Virus record (IMG/VR): IMGVR_UViG_3300046050_000049
Span: 1 to 52,505 of that record
Reading direction: 5' to 3' (one strand)
Origin: a virus
Taxonomy: Duplodnaviria; Caudoviricetes
DNA length: 52,505 nt
Shown: positions 1 to 8,435 of the stretch, in pieces
Numbering within the stretch: the first letter of the stretch is position 1
Layout: each line of letters opens with the position of its first letter
Position numbers and translations under genes: made by a program
The notes under the pieces: generated by a model
The model's database searches: none
What the model was told of the DNA's origin: nothing
The model's input: only the letters and a program-made list of their open reading frames with translations

Positions 1-41
1 TGGGTGCTGTCCCGAGGACAGGCACCCGCACTCTGTGAGAG

Positions 42-55
42 TGCGTGGGACCGGA
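42..55 (+). repeat. att core, integrase-proximal copy (displaced tRNA 3' end), TGCGTGGGACCGGA
   Basis: Identical to 52453-52466; reverse complement TCCGGTCCCACGCA is the 3' T-stem plus acceptor strand of the tRNA. Confidence 0.9.
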
Positions 56-103
56 ACTGAACCACCACTTTACATGCGGCCGACTCCCCCGTTCCAAGCA
101 CGG

Positions 104-1366
104 ATGGCTGACAAAGATTTCAACGAGATGGTCGAACACGTACTGGAGACCATCCGCGAATCCGACCGGCTCGATGACCGCGACATCGAACTGCTCGTGC
201 AGTACAATCGCCGACTGCGCCGTCAGCAGTCGCGCGTCGGCGTGAAACGCCGGCTGAAGAATCTGAAACACCTGCGCCTGCTCGCCGGTCACTCGCAGAA
301 ATACAGTCCCGATGAACTCCCGGACCCGGCGCTCGCAGACGCCCTCAAGGACCGAGAGGCGGTTGGACGCTTCCTCGATTTCATCCACGCGACGTACTCC
401 AACGAGGAGACGAACCGCGACTACCGCGCTGCGCTTCGCTCGTTCGGTGAACACGCGACGGACGGTGACATCTCGGACCCGATGGATGAGATCTCCGCGA
501 CGACCTCGCACGACTATCAGCCGATGCCGGACCCGGCGAAGATGTACCGCTGGGAGGACCACATCCAGCCGATGCTCAACGCGGCTCGATACACGCGTGA
601 GCGAGCGCTGATTGCTGTCGCGTGGGACGCCGGCCTTCGATCCGGAGAGCTCTACAATCTCCGGATCGGTGACATCGCTGACCACAAATACGGTCTGTCG
701 GTGACCGTCGACGGAAAGCGAGGGCAGCACTCGGTGACGCTGATCCCCGGTGTGCCGTACCTCAAACGCTGGCTGGAGAACCACCCAGCACCGGACGATC
801 AAACTGCTCCATTGTGGTCCGACTTGGACACTAACCGCGCTGTCTCGTACAAGATGAAACTGAAGATGCTGAAGAAGCCGGCGCGTGACGCCGATATGGT
901 CCCGCCCTCGTCGGCGACGCCCACCCGGATGCGAAAGTCCTCGGCGAGCTATCTTGCGAGTCAGGGTGTCAATCAGGCGCATCTCGAGGACCACCACGGC
1001 TGGAAGCGCAGCTCCGACGCCGCGTCCCACTACATCACTGTGTTCGCTGACGCCGGCGACCGCGCCATCGCGAAGGCGCACGGCGTCGACGTCGAACCCG
1101 ATGAGAACGACCCGATTGCACCGATTGAGTGCCCCCGTTGCTCGCGGGACACGCCTCGTGAACGCGGGGCCTGCGTCTGGTGCGGGCAGGCGCTCGCTCA
1201 GGAGACGGCTCGCGAAGTCGACCACCAGCGGACCGAGATCATGCAGTCGCTGGCCGAGACTACCAGTGACGATGTCGCGCAGGCGCTCATGGCGGTCGAC
1301 GACAAGCTCGGTGGCGACGCGCTGTTCAGCTACGAGGGGGCCGTCGACACGCCGGCCGGCGACTGA
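104..1366 (+). CDS. int: Tyrosine recombinase/integrase with C-terminal Zn ribbon (SNJ2-like haloarchaeal type)
   Basis: Catalytic motifs GLRSGEL, DGKRG, RMRKSSASYL, HHGW, SHY; C-terminal CPRC...CVWC; next to att. ATG at 104 chosen because the longer ORF (35) crosses att. Confidence 0.92.
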   Translation: MADKDFNEMVEHVLETIRESDRLDDRDIELLVQYNRRLRRQQSRVGVKRRLKNLKHLRLLAGHSQKYSPDELPDPALADALKDREAVGRFLDFIHATYSNEETNRDYRAALRSFGEHATDGDISDPMDEISATTSHDYQPMPDPAKMYRWEDHIQPMLNAARYTRERALIAVAWDAGLRSGELYNLRIGDIADHKYGLSVTVDGKRGQHSVTLIPGVPYLKRWLENHPAPDDQTAPLWSDLDTNRAVSYKMKLKMLKKPARDADMVPPSSATPTRMRKSSASYLASQGVNQAHLEDHHGWKRSSDAASHYITVFADAGDRAIAKAHGVDVEPDENDPIAPIECPRCSRDTPRERGACVWCGQALAQETAREVDHQRTEIMQSLAETTSDDVAQALMAVDDKLGGDALFSYEGAVDTPAGD

Positions 1367-1367
1367 G

Positions 1368-1529
1368 TTACCCATTCCGAACCTCCTTGAGACGGGTGAG
1401 GAGGTGTCCACACCGCTCCGACACCGGGAGGTCCTCCTCGGCAAGGAGTTCGAGTTCCTCCTCGATCTCTTCGAGTTCTTCAATTCGCGAGCGATACGCG
1501 TCTTCGGGGTCTGTTGATTCTGCACTCAT
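1368..1529 (-). CDS. Small acidic protein (53 aa, MSAESTDPEDAY...)
   Basis: Read by hand; below the ORF-track cutoff; acidic composition; convergent with the integrase. Confidence 0.5.
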   Translation of the reverse strand: MSAESTDPEDAYRSRIEELEEIEEELELLAEEDLPVSERCGHLLTRLKEVRNG

Positions 1530-1622
1530 GAGTAAATCACTCCATAAGAAGTCGCGGCACCGATACTGGCGTTCACTACCACGTCGGTGAAATCGAACGT
1601 GGTGACCAGCGGGGCTGTCATC

Positions 1623-1847
1623 TTACCCACTCACCTCCTGCACCGCGCGTTCGGCATCGCGTGGTAGGATCGGCGCACAGCCCGTACCGAGTTGCTCGAG
1701 CAAGCCGGTAGCGTCGAGCAGCTTCGTGGTCGTCTCGCGGTCGACGCGAAGCTCGCGCTGGACGTGATGGACCGTCTGCGAGTCCGTGATCGCGCCGACG
1801 GTGACGCCGCCGGCGACCTCCTCAAGATACGGATTCTCAAAGGTCAC
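1623..1847 (-). CDS. Hypothetical protein, possibly HTH
   Basis: GTGA overlap with the upstream gene; end of the early operon. Confidence 0.6.
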   Translation of the reverse strand: MTFENPYLEEVAGGVTVGAITDSQTVHHVQRELRVDRETTTKLLDATGLLEQLGTGCAPILPRDAERAVQEVSG

Positions 1848-2131
1848 ACCGACTCACCTCCGGTCTCGTCGACTTCGCCATCGGGCCAGCACCAGACGAA
1901 TTCACCGTCGACGGTGACGGCCAGCCCCTCGGACGTGATCCGGTCGTACGCGTACAGTAAGGAGCTGACCCCTCCGAGGCCGTGCTGATACTGACCGACC
2001 TTCGCGTACGCCATCACGAGTCGGTGGCGTCGGTAGCGGACCCGAAGTCTCCGAATGCAGCCGGTCGGATCGCGGAGGGCTCGCCGGAGCTTCGCAAGCG
2101 TCGATGAGATAGCACTACGCATCGACACCAC
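1844..2131 (-). CDS. Hypothetical protein
   Basis: Overlapping operon arrangement; start uncertain. Confidence 0.55.
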   Translation of the reverse strand: MVSMRSAISSTLAKLRRALRDPTGCIRRLRVRYRRHRLVMAYAKVGQYQHGLGGVSSLLYAYDRITSEGLAVTVDGEFVWCWPDGEVDETGGESV

Positions 2132-2330
2132 CCCCGTCCTCGGCCTCGTCGGTCGCGCACGTCAGACAGCGGATGGTCGTCGGGTAGATCCCCCGGTCCA
2201 TCGCCTGCTGGGTCGCCGGGCTGATGACGACGTCTTCGCCGCAGTCGTCGCAGGTGTCGGTCGCGCTCCCGGGAACGGACACGGACGCGTTCCCGACGCG
2301 CATCGTGAGCGTGAGCTCGTCGTCAGTCAT
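2115..2330 (-). CDS. Small CxxC Zn-finger protein (MTDDELTL...)
   Basis: CDDC...CLTC; overlaps both neighbours. Confidence 0.6.
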   Translation of the reverse strand: MTDDELTLTMRVGNASVSVPGSATDTCDDCGEDVVISPATQQAMDRGIYPTTIRCLTCATDEAEDGGGVDA

Positions 2331-2694
2331 CGTTCTCACCCTCGTTGACGGCGAGCGCTTCGTCGACCATCGCGTCGATGAGATCGGTCGTGTCCAGACC
2401 GGTCGTATCCAGCACGGCACGGAAGTGCGCGCCCAGCATCTGGATCTGCGCGACGGCCATCGGGGTGCCAGCCTCAAGGACGGTACTGGAGTAGTAGTCC
2501 GTCTGGCCTTCGGCCATCGCAACGAGAAAGTACCCCATCAGCTCGTCAGGATTCTCGAGCGCGTTGCGAGCGATGTCAACATGGTCCGGAAAGTCCTCGT
2601 TGGCGTCGGTACCGTACGCGACATCGTATCCGTCGTTCCGGAGCGCCGTGATCAGCTCGTGGGTGCGCTTGGTCTCCTCTTGTTCATCAGTCAT
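2323..2694 (-). CDS. Hypothetical acidic protein
   Basis: ATGA overlap; acidic composition. Confidence 0.7.
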   Translation of the reverse strand: MTDEQEETKRTHELITALRNDGYDVAYGTDANEDFPDHVDIARNALENPDELMGYFLVAMAEGQTDYYSSTVLEAGTPMAVAQIQMLGAHFRAVLDTTGLDTTDLIDAMVDEALAVNEGENDD

Positions 2695-3542
2695 TGCGAA
2701 TCACCCCGGTCAGTGTCCGTGTCTACGGACCGGCTGTTCCCGCCGTCCGTAGCTGGAATTAACTTCGTCTGTTCGGCGATGGCACGACCGTAGCGGTCGA
2801 CTTTTTCCCGGTAGTCGGCGAACAGTTCCTTTTTGTGGGCTTTCGAGTCCGCCCGGTAGTTCCACGCCGACGTATCACTTGACGCGAAGCGCCCCCACAG
2901 ACGGCTGTCCTTCCACCCATTGAGGGTTAGGCCGAATAGGTGCCACTGTCGGGGGCCGAGAACATCCTCGCAGGCGTCGAGCACCTCGCCGATCTTCGAC
3001 GGGTCGTCGCGTTTGCAGACCGTCCCGATGGCCATTCGGTCGGTGTCGATACCGTGACGCTGGAAGCGCCGGGCGCACTCTCGGTAGTCGTCAGGGTCCC
3101 AGCCCTGTAAGACCGGGAGAACCTCAAACGGCCAGTTGTGTGACTCGTAGAGGTTGTGGGCTTCGCGGTGTTTTTCGACGGTCTGGTCGATGCGCTCTTG
3201 AGGCGTCGTCTCGTGGAGTTCAGGTTCGCAGGCGTAGTCGGGGAGTGCCACCTCGTCGGCCCCGACCTCGGCGGCCCACTCGAATAAGTCACGAACGGAG
3301 TAGGGATATTCGAGGTCCCAGCCGGCGGTGACTTGGAAACCGCCCGAGTCCACGAGGACGTGGCCGGGAGAGTCGGGGACGTGGAGGTTGAACGTCGGGC
3401 CGCTGTTGTTCCACGCGAGACCGGCAGACAAAAGAATGTTCTCGCCGTTGAACATTCCGTTGTAGGTCCCAGTAGTGTCGATGCAGTAGTGCATCCGGGG
3501 GGCGTCAAATTGGTCAGTACCGCCGATAGACTGCTCACTCAT
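2691..3542 (-). CDS. tRNA-guanine transglycosylase-fold protein (DpdA-like, candidate 7-deazaguanine DNA transglycosylase)
   Basis: TGT-type motifs in order: VLVDSGGFQ, ALPDY, LPVLQG, MAIGTV, WHLFG, SSDTSAW; start taken at MSEQSIGG. Confidence 0.75.
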   Translation of the reverse strand: MSEQSIGGTDQFDAPRMHYCIDTTGTYNGMFNGENILLSAGLAWNNSGPTFNLHVPDSPGHVLVDSGGFQVTAGWDLEYPYSVRDLFEWAAEVGADEVALPDYACEPELHETTPQERIDQTVEKHREAHNLYESHNWPFEVLPVLQGWDPDDYRECARRFQRHGIDTDRMAIGTVCKRDDPSKIGEVLDACEDVLGPRQWHLFGLTLNGWKDSRLWGRFASSDTSAWNYRADSKAHKKELFADYREKVDRYGRAIAEQTKLIPATDGGNSRSVDTDTDRGDSQ

Positions 3543-3807
3543 CGCGATCACCGCCCGACGCATCGCGCTCGTCTCGCTGTCGCTCCGCAAGATGCCGGGC
3601 GCAGAGTCGCATCGAGCCGTCGTCTGGATGATGTGCTGTGTACACGCGCTCACAGTCGCCACACTCGTCGCAGCCGAACTCCTCGGTTGTTGGGACGTGG
3701 AAGTGACCGCCGCAGTCCTGACAGCGGGTCGGCGGCTGTGTCGTGCTGATCTTCTTACAGCCCGAACATATCCAGCAGGACCCTTCGTTGAGGGCCGCAA
3801 TGCTCAT
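3535..3807 (-). CDS. Multi-CxxC Zn-finger protein
   Basis: CSGC, CQDC, CDEC, CARH; operon overlaps. Confidence 0.65.
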   Translation of the reverse strand: MSIAALNEGSCWICSGCKKISTTQPPTRCQDCGGHFHVPTTEEFGCDECGDCERVYTAHHPDDGSMRLCARHLAERQRDERDASGGDRDE

Positions 3808-4004
3808 CGCCGCACCTCAACAAACTCACCACGAACAATCGCGGCTTTCTCACAGGGGTGCGTCGTCCCTGATGCCACTTCGTCGATATGCAACCACAGC
3901 CGTTCGCCGATCATATCCTCCCGAATCTCGCCGGCCGGGAGCCGCCGATTTGCGGCCGCGACAAGTTCGAGTTTCGGATCGTCGAAGGTGGTGTCGTCAC
4001 TCAT
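3804..4004 (-). CDS. Hypothetical protein
   Basis: ATGA overlaps. Confidence 0.6.
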   Translation of the reverse strand: MSDDTTFDDPKLELVAAANRRLPAGEIREDMIGERLWLHIDEVASGTTHPCEKAAIVRGEFVEVRR

Positions 4005-4792
4005 TGGGTATCACCCACATGGTCGGCGAGTTCTGTGCCGTCCTCGCGTCGCACTGTCCGGACCTCCGGTGTGATCGCATCAAGATCGCGGTTCAGAACC
4101 GCGGCGACACGCTGTCGGGCGCGCAGTGGGAGATCGGCGAAGTCCACGGCATCAGCCATCACTCCGCCCTCACACCAGTAGTTGCCCTTATTCGTGTGTT
4201 CGACTGCGAAGCCAGCGATGAGTTCGTCATCGTTGTCGAGTCGGTCGGTGCAATGAACCGTCCACTTCTCGTCGGTCTGGTAGCCCTCGTCGTGAAGCTG
4301 CACGTCGATCTTGATGTTCGTCGCTGAGGTGTCCTTCTTCCACGCCGGCGGGGTCTCGGGGTCGCCGCAGTTCTTCGGGTCGGTCAGGTCCTTGCCACAC
4401 TCGACGCACTCGATTCGGTCAGTGCCTCCTCCAGATTGACCGCCGTCGGCGCGGAGACCGTCGTCGAACCGAGATTCGGCGACATGCGTGACGGTGAACG
4501 GCTCGTCGGCGAGCAGCGCCCGCACGTCCCGTGCCGAGCACACCCGCTCGCCCGTCGCGTCAACGACCGGGTAGCGGACCTCGCCGGTCTCGTCCACGTC
4601 AGCGCGGATCTCCTCGATGCCGTCAACGATGACCTGCAGGTGGTCGGCCTGCCGCAGACACCACAGGACATCGCTCTCGGAGACATCCTCGCGTGGACGG
4701 GAATCGTTGAGATAGCCGCAGACGCGTGCCGCCGGTGCGCCCTCGTCGGCGAGGTCCAGCAGTGTCGCGTCGACGCTGGGGTGCGCCGTCAT
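4001..4792 (-). CDS. Two-module hypothetical protein with ADGG linker; second module starts with CxxC
   Basis: Acidic ORF in the operon chain. Confidence 0.7.
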   Translation of the reverse strand: MTAHPSVDATLLDLADEGAPAARVCGYLNDSRPREDVSESDVLWCLRQADHLQVIVDGIEEIRADVDETGEVRYPVVDATGERVCSARDVRALLADEPFTVTHVAESRFDDGLRADGGQSGGGTDRIECVECGKDLTDPKNCGDPETPPAWKKDTSATNIKIDVQLHDEGYQTDEKWTVHCTDRLDNDDELIAGFAVEHTNKGNYWCEGGVMADAVDFADLPLRARQRVAAVLNRDLDAITPEVRTVRREDGTELADHVGDTQ

Positions 4793-5151
4793 CGCTGGTC
4801 CTCCATGTGGACGACCTCGTCGGTTCGCAGCCCGGCGTCTAGCTCGACGTGGACGTCGACGTACCCCTCGTCGATCAGATCGCGCTCCGAGAGATACTCG
4901 ATTGACTTGTCGAGTGTTTCGGCGGCCTCGTGGAGCTGGGCGACGTGCTCGAACACCTCCTCGTCGAGGAAGGCGACCTCGTCACTGTCGACGAGCATCC
5001 CAAACTCGACGGGATCGTCGTCCTCCCCGCGGGTCCAACGCTCGGGCTCGTCGTCGAACAGCGCCGCGAGCGCTCGCAGGTCGGCGGCGAGCGGGCCGTC
5101 GGTCGGATATCCCTCGGCGTGGCAGTGTGCCAGCGCTGGTGGCTCACTCAT
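4789..5151 (-). CDS. Hypothetical acidic protein
   Basis: Operon overlaps; acidic composition. Confidence 0.7.
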   Translation of the reverse strand: MSEPPALAHCHAEGYPTDGPLAADLRALAALFDDEPERWTRGEDDDPVEFGMLVDSDEVAFLDEEVFEHVAQLHEAAETLDKSIEYLSERDLIDEGYVDVHVELDAGLRTDEVVHMEDQR

Positions 5152-6646
5152 CGTCCATCTCCTCCATGAGACACTCGAAACAGGGGAGTGGCGTCCCGCA
5201 GCCTCGATTCCCGTTCTCGCAGGTCGGGTCTTGGTCGCCGACGCCGGCGTCGCTCCGGACGGCGTCGACGGACTGGTGACGGAGGCGGCCGCGGTCGCGA
5301 CCGCCGTCGGCGACGCGGTCGTAGAACACAGCGTCGCAGTGCTGGATGTCGTCGGTCTTGTCGACTATCTCGCCGGGACCGTAGTCTCGGAGGTCCGGAG
5401 CCCAGCCGATCTCCTGACACCAGTGTGCGATGACCCACTGCGCCGCCTTTTCATCGTCCTCCCAGCTCCCGTCGTACCGACGGGCCTCCACCGCGAGTGC
5501 AACGAGATAGTGCAGCGGGTTCTCGACGTCAAGGTGGTCGCCGTCGACGGCGATTCTGAGGTTCTTCACCGGCGCACCCGTCTCGTCGGTGTTGGTCTCC
5601 TCCTCGTCAGGATAGTACCCCTTTCGTCCGAGAAACGCCACGCACTGGGCACAGACGAAGTCTTCTCGCGCCTCGCTATACCCGAGGTTTGTTTCGTCGG
5701 ATGTCTGTCCGCACGACGCACAGTGGTCGGCTTCGTCTAGAGTCGGCCCGCCGTCCGTCCGCGGCTCGCTCCCGAAGGTGTCGTCGAACTCGCGAGCTAG
5801 GGCGCGGAGCGCACGTCCGGGGGTCCGACCGCCCATCACCGTGTACGCGTCGGCGTTGTCTACCTCTACCTTCCAGACCTGTTTACTCTTGTCACCGTCG
5901 CGAACGTGCGTCCGCTCAAGAGTGATGTCGTAAGATCCCTCGCCGTCGGTCAGCAACGACGGGTCGATGTCTCGGTCCTCGGGGTTGTGGACGCCCTTGA
6001 CCCGGACGACATGCGACTCGTCGGCCATGTTCTTGTGCAACCTGACTGCATGTTCGACGGCATCGGGAGGTCCTTCCGCCGGATGTTCCATCCCGGAGAT
6101 GGTGTCGTCGTAGTCGCAGTCCATGCACTCGAGCCGCCACTCCGTTTCGGGGTTCACTCCCCCATCCGTCGCGAGCATGGGATCCGGGTGCGCCGGGACG
6201 ACCCGCATTCCACCATCGTCGCGACGGTAGATCCGAACGTCGACGCTCGGTGGGATGTCGAGCGTTTGACGGACAAGTCGTGCGGAAACTTTGACCCCAG
6301 CGCCGACATTGTATTTGAACGCTCGCGCTTGTCCAAGGGGATCGTCGGGCTCTTCGTCGACGATACTGAGTCCGGGACCATCGTCGACGACCCAGAGATC
6401 GTCGCCCTTTCGCCAGTCGTAGTTCGTCCAAGCTCCAATCGAGATGTTCAGCGAGTACCCCCCGAGTCTGACGATACCGAGATACCCCTCTCCGGTCTCG
6501 TTGACGTACTTGGAACCGCCGTCCGTCGCGGCGCGCTCGATATCGACATCGTGGAACTCTTCGTGGCCCTCAAGGGCGTCGCCGACGGTCTCGAAGTCGC
6601 CCGTCTCGATGACGCCACACTGCTCGCATCTCGCGACGTAGCTCAC
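5144..6646 (-). CDS. Mosaic multi-module protein (about 6 modules separated by TDGG-like linkers, several Cys/His fingers)
   Basis: ATDGG x2, LTDGEG, RTDGG, ADGG separate unrelated segments. Confidence 0.75.
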   Translation of the reverse strand: MSYVARCEQCGVIETGDFETVGDALEGHEEFHDVDIERAATDGGSKYVNETGEGYLGIVRLGGYSLNISIGAWTNYDWRKGDDLWVVDDGPGLSIVDEEPDDPLGQARAFKYNVGAGVKVSARLVRQTLDIPPSVDVRIYRRDDGGMRVVPAHPDPMLATDGGVNPETEWRLECMDCDYDDTISGMEHPAEGPPDAVEHAVRLHKNMADESHVVRVKGVHNPEDRDIDPSLLTDGEGSYDITLERTHVRDGDKSKQVWKVEVDNADAYTVMGGRTPGRALRALAREFDDTFGSEPRTDGGPTLDEADHCASCGQTSDETNLGYSEAREDFVCAQCVAFLGRKGYYPDEEETNTDETGAPVKNLRIAVDGDHLDVENPLHYLVALAVEARRYDGSWEDDEKAAQWVIAHWCQEIGWAPDLRDYGPGEIVDKTDDIQHCDAVFYDRVADGGRDRGRLRHQSVDAVRSDAGVGDQDPTCENGNRGCGTPLPCFECLMEEMDDE

Positions 6647-7842
6647 TGACCGTCACCTCCGTTATCGCTCGGTTGCGTTCGAGGCTCCGCGCCGGCGAGC
6701 CGATGGGGTTCGTCGTCATCGGCGTCGGCTGCCGACTCTGCATACTTGACGAGATTTCTGATACGCTCAACTCGAGACTTCGAATACCGGAGCGCGTCGA
6801 TGTATCCCTCGAGGTACGCTTGGAATCGGTCGTTGTGGGGCTGATCGAGCATCACACCGTCGAGAATACCCTGCTGGACACGGCCGCCGATGTGCTCTAT
6901 TCTGTCTTCGATTTCTTCTTTCGCCTCGTCGATTTCGGTTTGCTGGTATTCCTGCCACGTTTTCTTCTCGGACTCAGTGTCGCTTGCAGGCTGCCCGCCG
7001 TCTGGGACGGGTTCTTTTTCCGTACCCTCGTCGCCGTCGCCCTCTTGGTCGTCCTCGTCCTCAGCCGCACGAAGGCGCTCGACGTGCTCGGCGATGACCT
7101 CCGCGTGGCACGCCGGTTCGTCTTCGCTGAGGCGCTGGCACCAGCAGCCGAGCGTTTTGCCGGCGAGGTTGCGCACGGCCTGCCGGAACGCGTCATCGTC
7201 GCGAAGCCGCGCCTCGAAATCGCGTCTGAACTGCTGGATGGACGCAGCGCGGCTCTCGCTCTCGCTGAGCGGGTAGGGATTGCCTAGCCAGCCACGCTGG
7301 TTGGTATCCGTCGTGTTGAGTCCTCGGCCACCCGGCCCGCGCCCGACGTACACATCGGTGTCGTTGTGGACACAGTGCCCGACGCGGGTCCGTCCCTCAC
7401 CACCGTCCGAGAGCACCTCGTCCGGATCGGCATTAAGGAGTTTCTGTCCCGGTGCCGATGTGTGGCCTCCGCTGTTCTTATCCGGTGCTCGTTCGGCCGG
7501 CTCGTTGAACTGGGCGTCGCAGTCGTCACACCGCCAGTCGGTTTCTGGGGTCGAAACGATACCGCCCGGGGTGGGAAAAATGTCGGAGGACTTGCACTCG
7601 GGGCACGCTTTGACCGTGCCGCCGTCGGGTGCGAGATCACCAGCATACCGCCGTCGCTGAGACTCGCACTCTGGACATTCGTCGCTGTCGTCCGACCGGT
7701 AGTGCGCGCCGCAGCCGGTACACTCGTAGGTGACAGCCGGCTGCGATGTGTCGTCACGCGCTGGGGTGTACCGTTCGTCGAGAGCGCACTGCCGACACAG
7801 CCTGCTCCGGGTGGTCCGTGAGCCGCACTTCGTGCAGCTCAT
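6643..7842 (-). CDS. Mosaic protein: Zn fingers, a DUF4326-like domain and an acidic helical module
   Basis: DVYVGRG...WLGNPY...LGCWC...CHAEVI is the DUF4326 pattern; PDGG and SDGG linkers. Confidence 0.75.
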   Translation of the reverse strand: MSCTKCGSRTTRSRLCRQCALDERYTPARDDTSQPAVTYECTGCGAHYRSDDSDECPECESQRRRYAGDLAPDGGTVKACPECKSSDIFPTPGGIVSTPETDWRCDDCDAQFNEPAERAPDKNSGGHTSAPGQKLLNADPDEVLSDGGEGRTRVGHCVHNDTDVYVGRGPGGRGLNTTDTNQRGWLGNPYPLSESESRAASIQQFRRDFEARLRDDDAFRQAVRNLAGKTLGCWCQRLSEDEPACHAEVIAEHVERLRAAEDEDDQEGDGDEGTEKEPVPDGGQPASDTESEKKTWQEYQQTEIDEAKEEIEDRIEHIGGRVQQGILDGVMLDQPHNDRFQAYLEGYIDALRYSKSRVERIRNLVKYAESAADADDDEPHRLAGAEPRTQPSDNGGDGQ

Positions 7843-8270
7843 TCTCGTCCCTCCAGTTCGGCCGAGCCGCCGTCCGGGATGGCCTCGTCCGGGTCGGCAG
7901 CGAGGAGCTTCTGCCCCATCGCCGAGGTGGTGCCGCTGCCGCGAAGCGGAGGCCGCTCGACCGGCTCGTTACACCGTGCTCCGCAGTCGCGGCAGTACCA
8001 GTCGTGCGTGGCCTCCTTTTCCACGCCGCCGTGGCGTGGGTGGATATCTGAGCTATTGCACTCGGGGCAGGCTTGGACCGTCTCGGCGTTCAAGTCGGTA
8101 GGCTCTTGCTCGTCGGTGATGTCGGTACTGCTGGCGGGTCCTGTCCCTATCTCAGTCCCCGCTGTTTCTGCGTCGGGAGCCGCGCTGCTCGTCTCAGGGT
8201 CGCTGGTGCGACCCGACTGTACGTCCTCGTGGGGCTGAGTATTATGTGCCCCGTGGTCGTGGTCTTGCAT
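7839..8270 (-). CDS. First gene of the early operon; Zn-ribbon protein
   Basis: CPEC...WYCRDC module paralogous to one in the next gene. Confidence 0.7.
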   Translation of the reverse strand: MQDHDHGAHNTQPHEDVQSGRTSDPETSSAAPDAETAGTEIGTGPASSTDITDEQEPTDLNAETVQACPECNSSDIHPRHGGVEKEATHDWYCRDCGARCNEPVERPPLRGSGTTSAMGQKLLAADPDEAIPDGGSAELEGRE

Positions 8271-8287
8271 GGTCGGTTGACTTTCGC

Positions 8288-8364
8288 AAACTCCTGATGG
8301 GAGTTGACCCGACCCCGGCGTGTCCTTAGCACGCCGGCCTTCGCGTAGCCGGAAGGGCCGGGTC
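8288..8364 (-). ncRNA. Structured 5' leader of the early operon (multi-stem RNA)
   Basis: Outer stem GACCCGGCCC/GGGTCGGGTC, hairpin CCGGCGTG-CTAAGGA-CACGCCGG, hairpin AACTCC-CATCA-GGAGTT. Confidence 0.45.
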
Positions 8365-8435
8365 GTTACCTGTTACTGATGGGCTTCACTTAACTTTTTG
8401 TGTCTGCTAACACAATACGGAACTGAGAAACACAG

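Noticed and set aside
35-103. Integrase N-terminal extension across att (SSV1-type split integrase)
   Set aside because: The extension is low-complexity and starts in host DNA; all catalytic motifs lie downstream of ATG 104
4436-5740. Long plus-strand ORFs antisense to real genes (also 21432-22541, 34885-36033, 39602-40699, 48891-49955)
   Set aside because: Shadow frames typical of GC-rich DNA; Val/Arg-rich, non-acidic and without motifs
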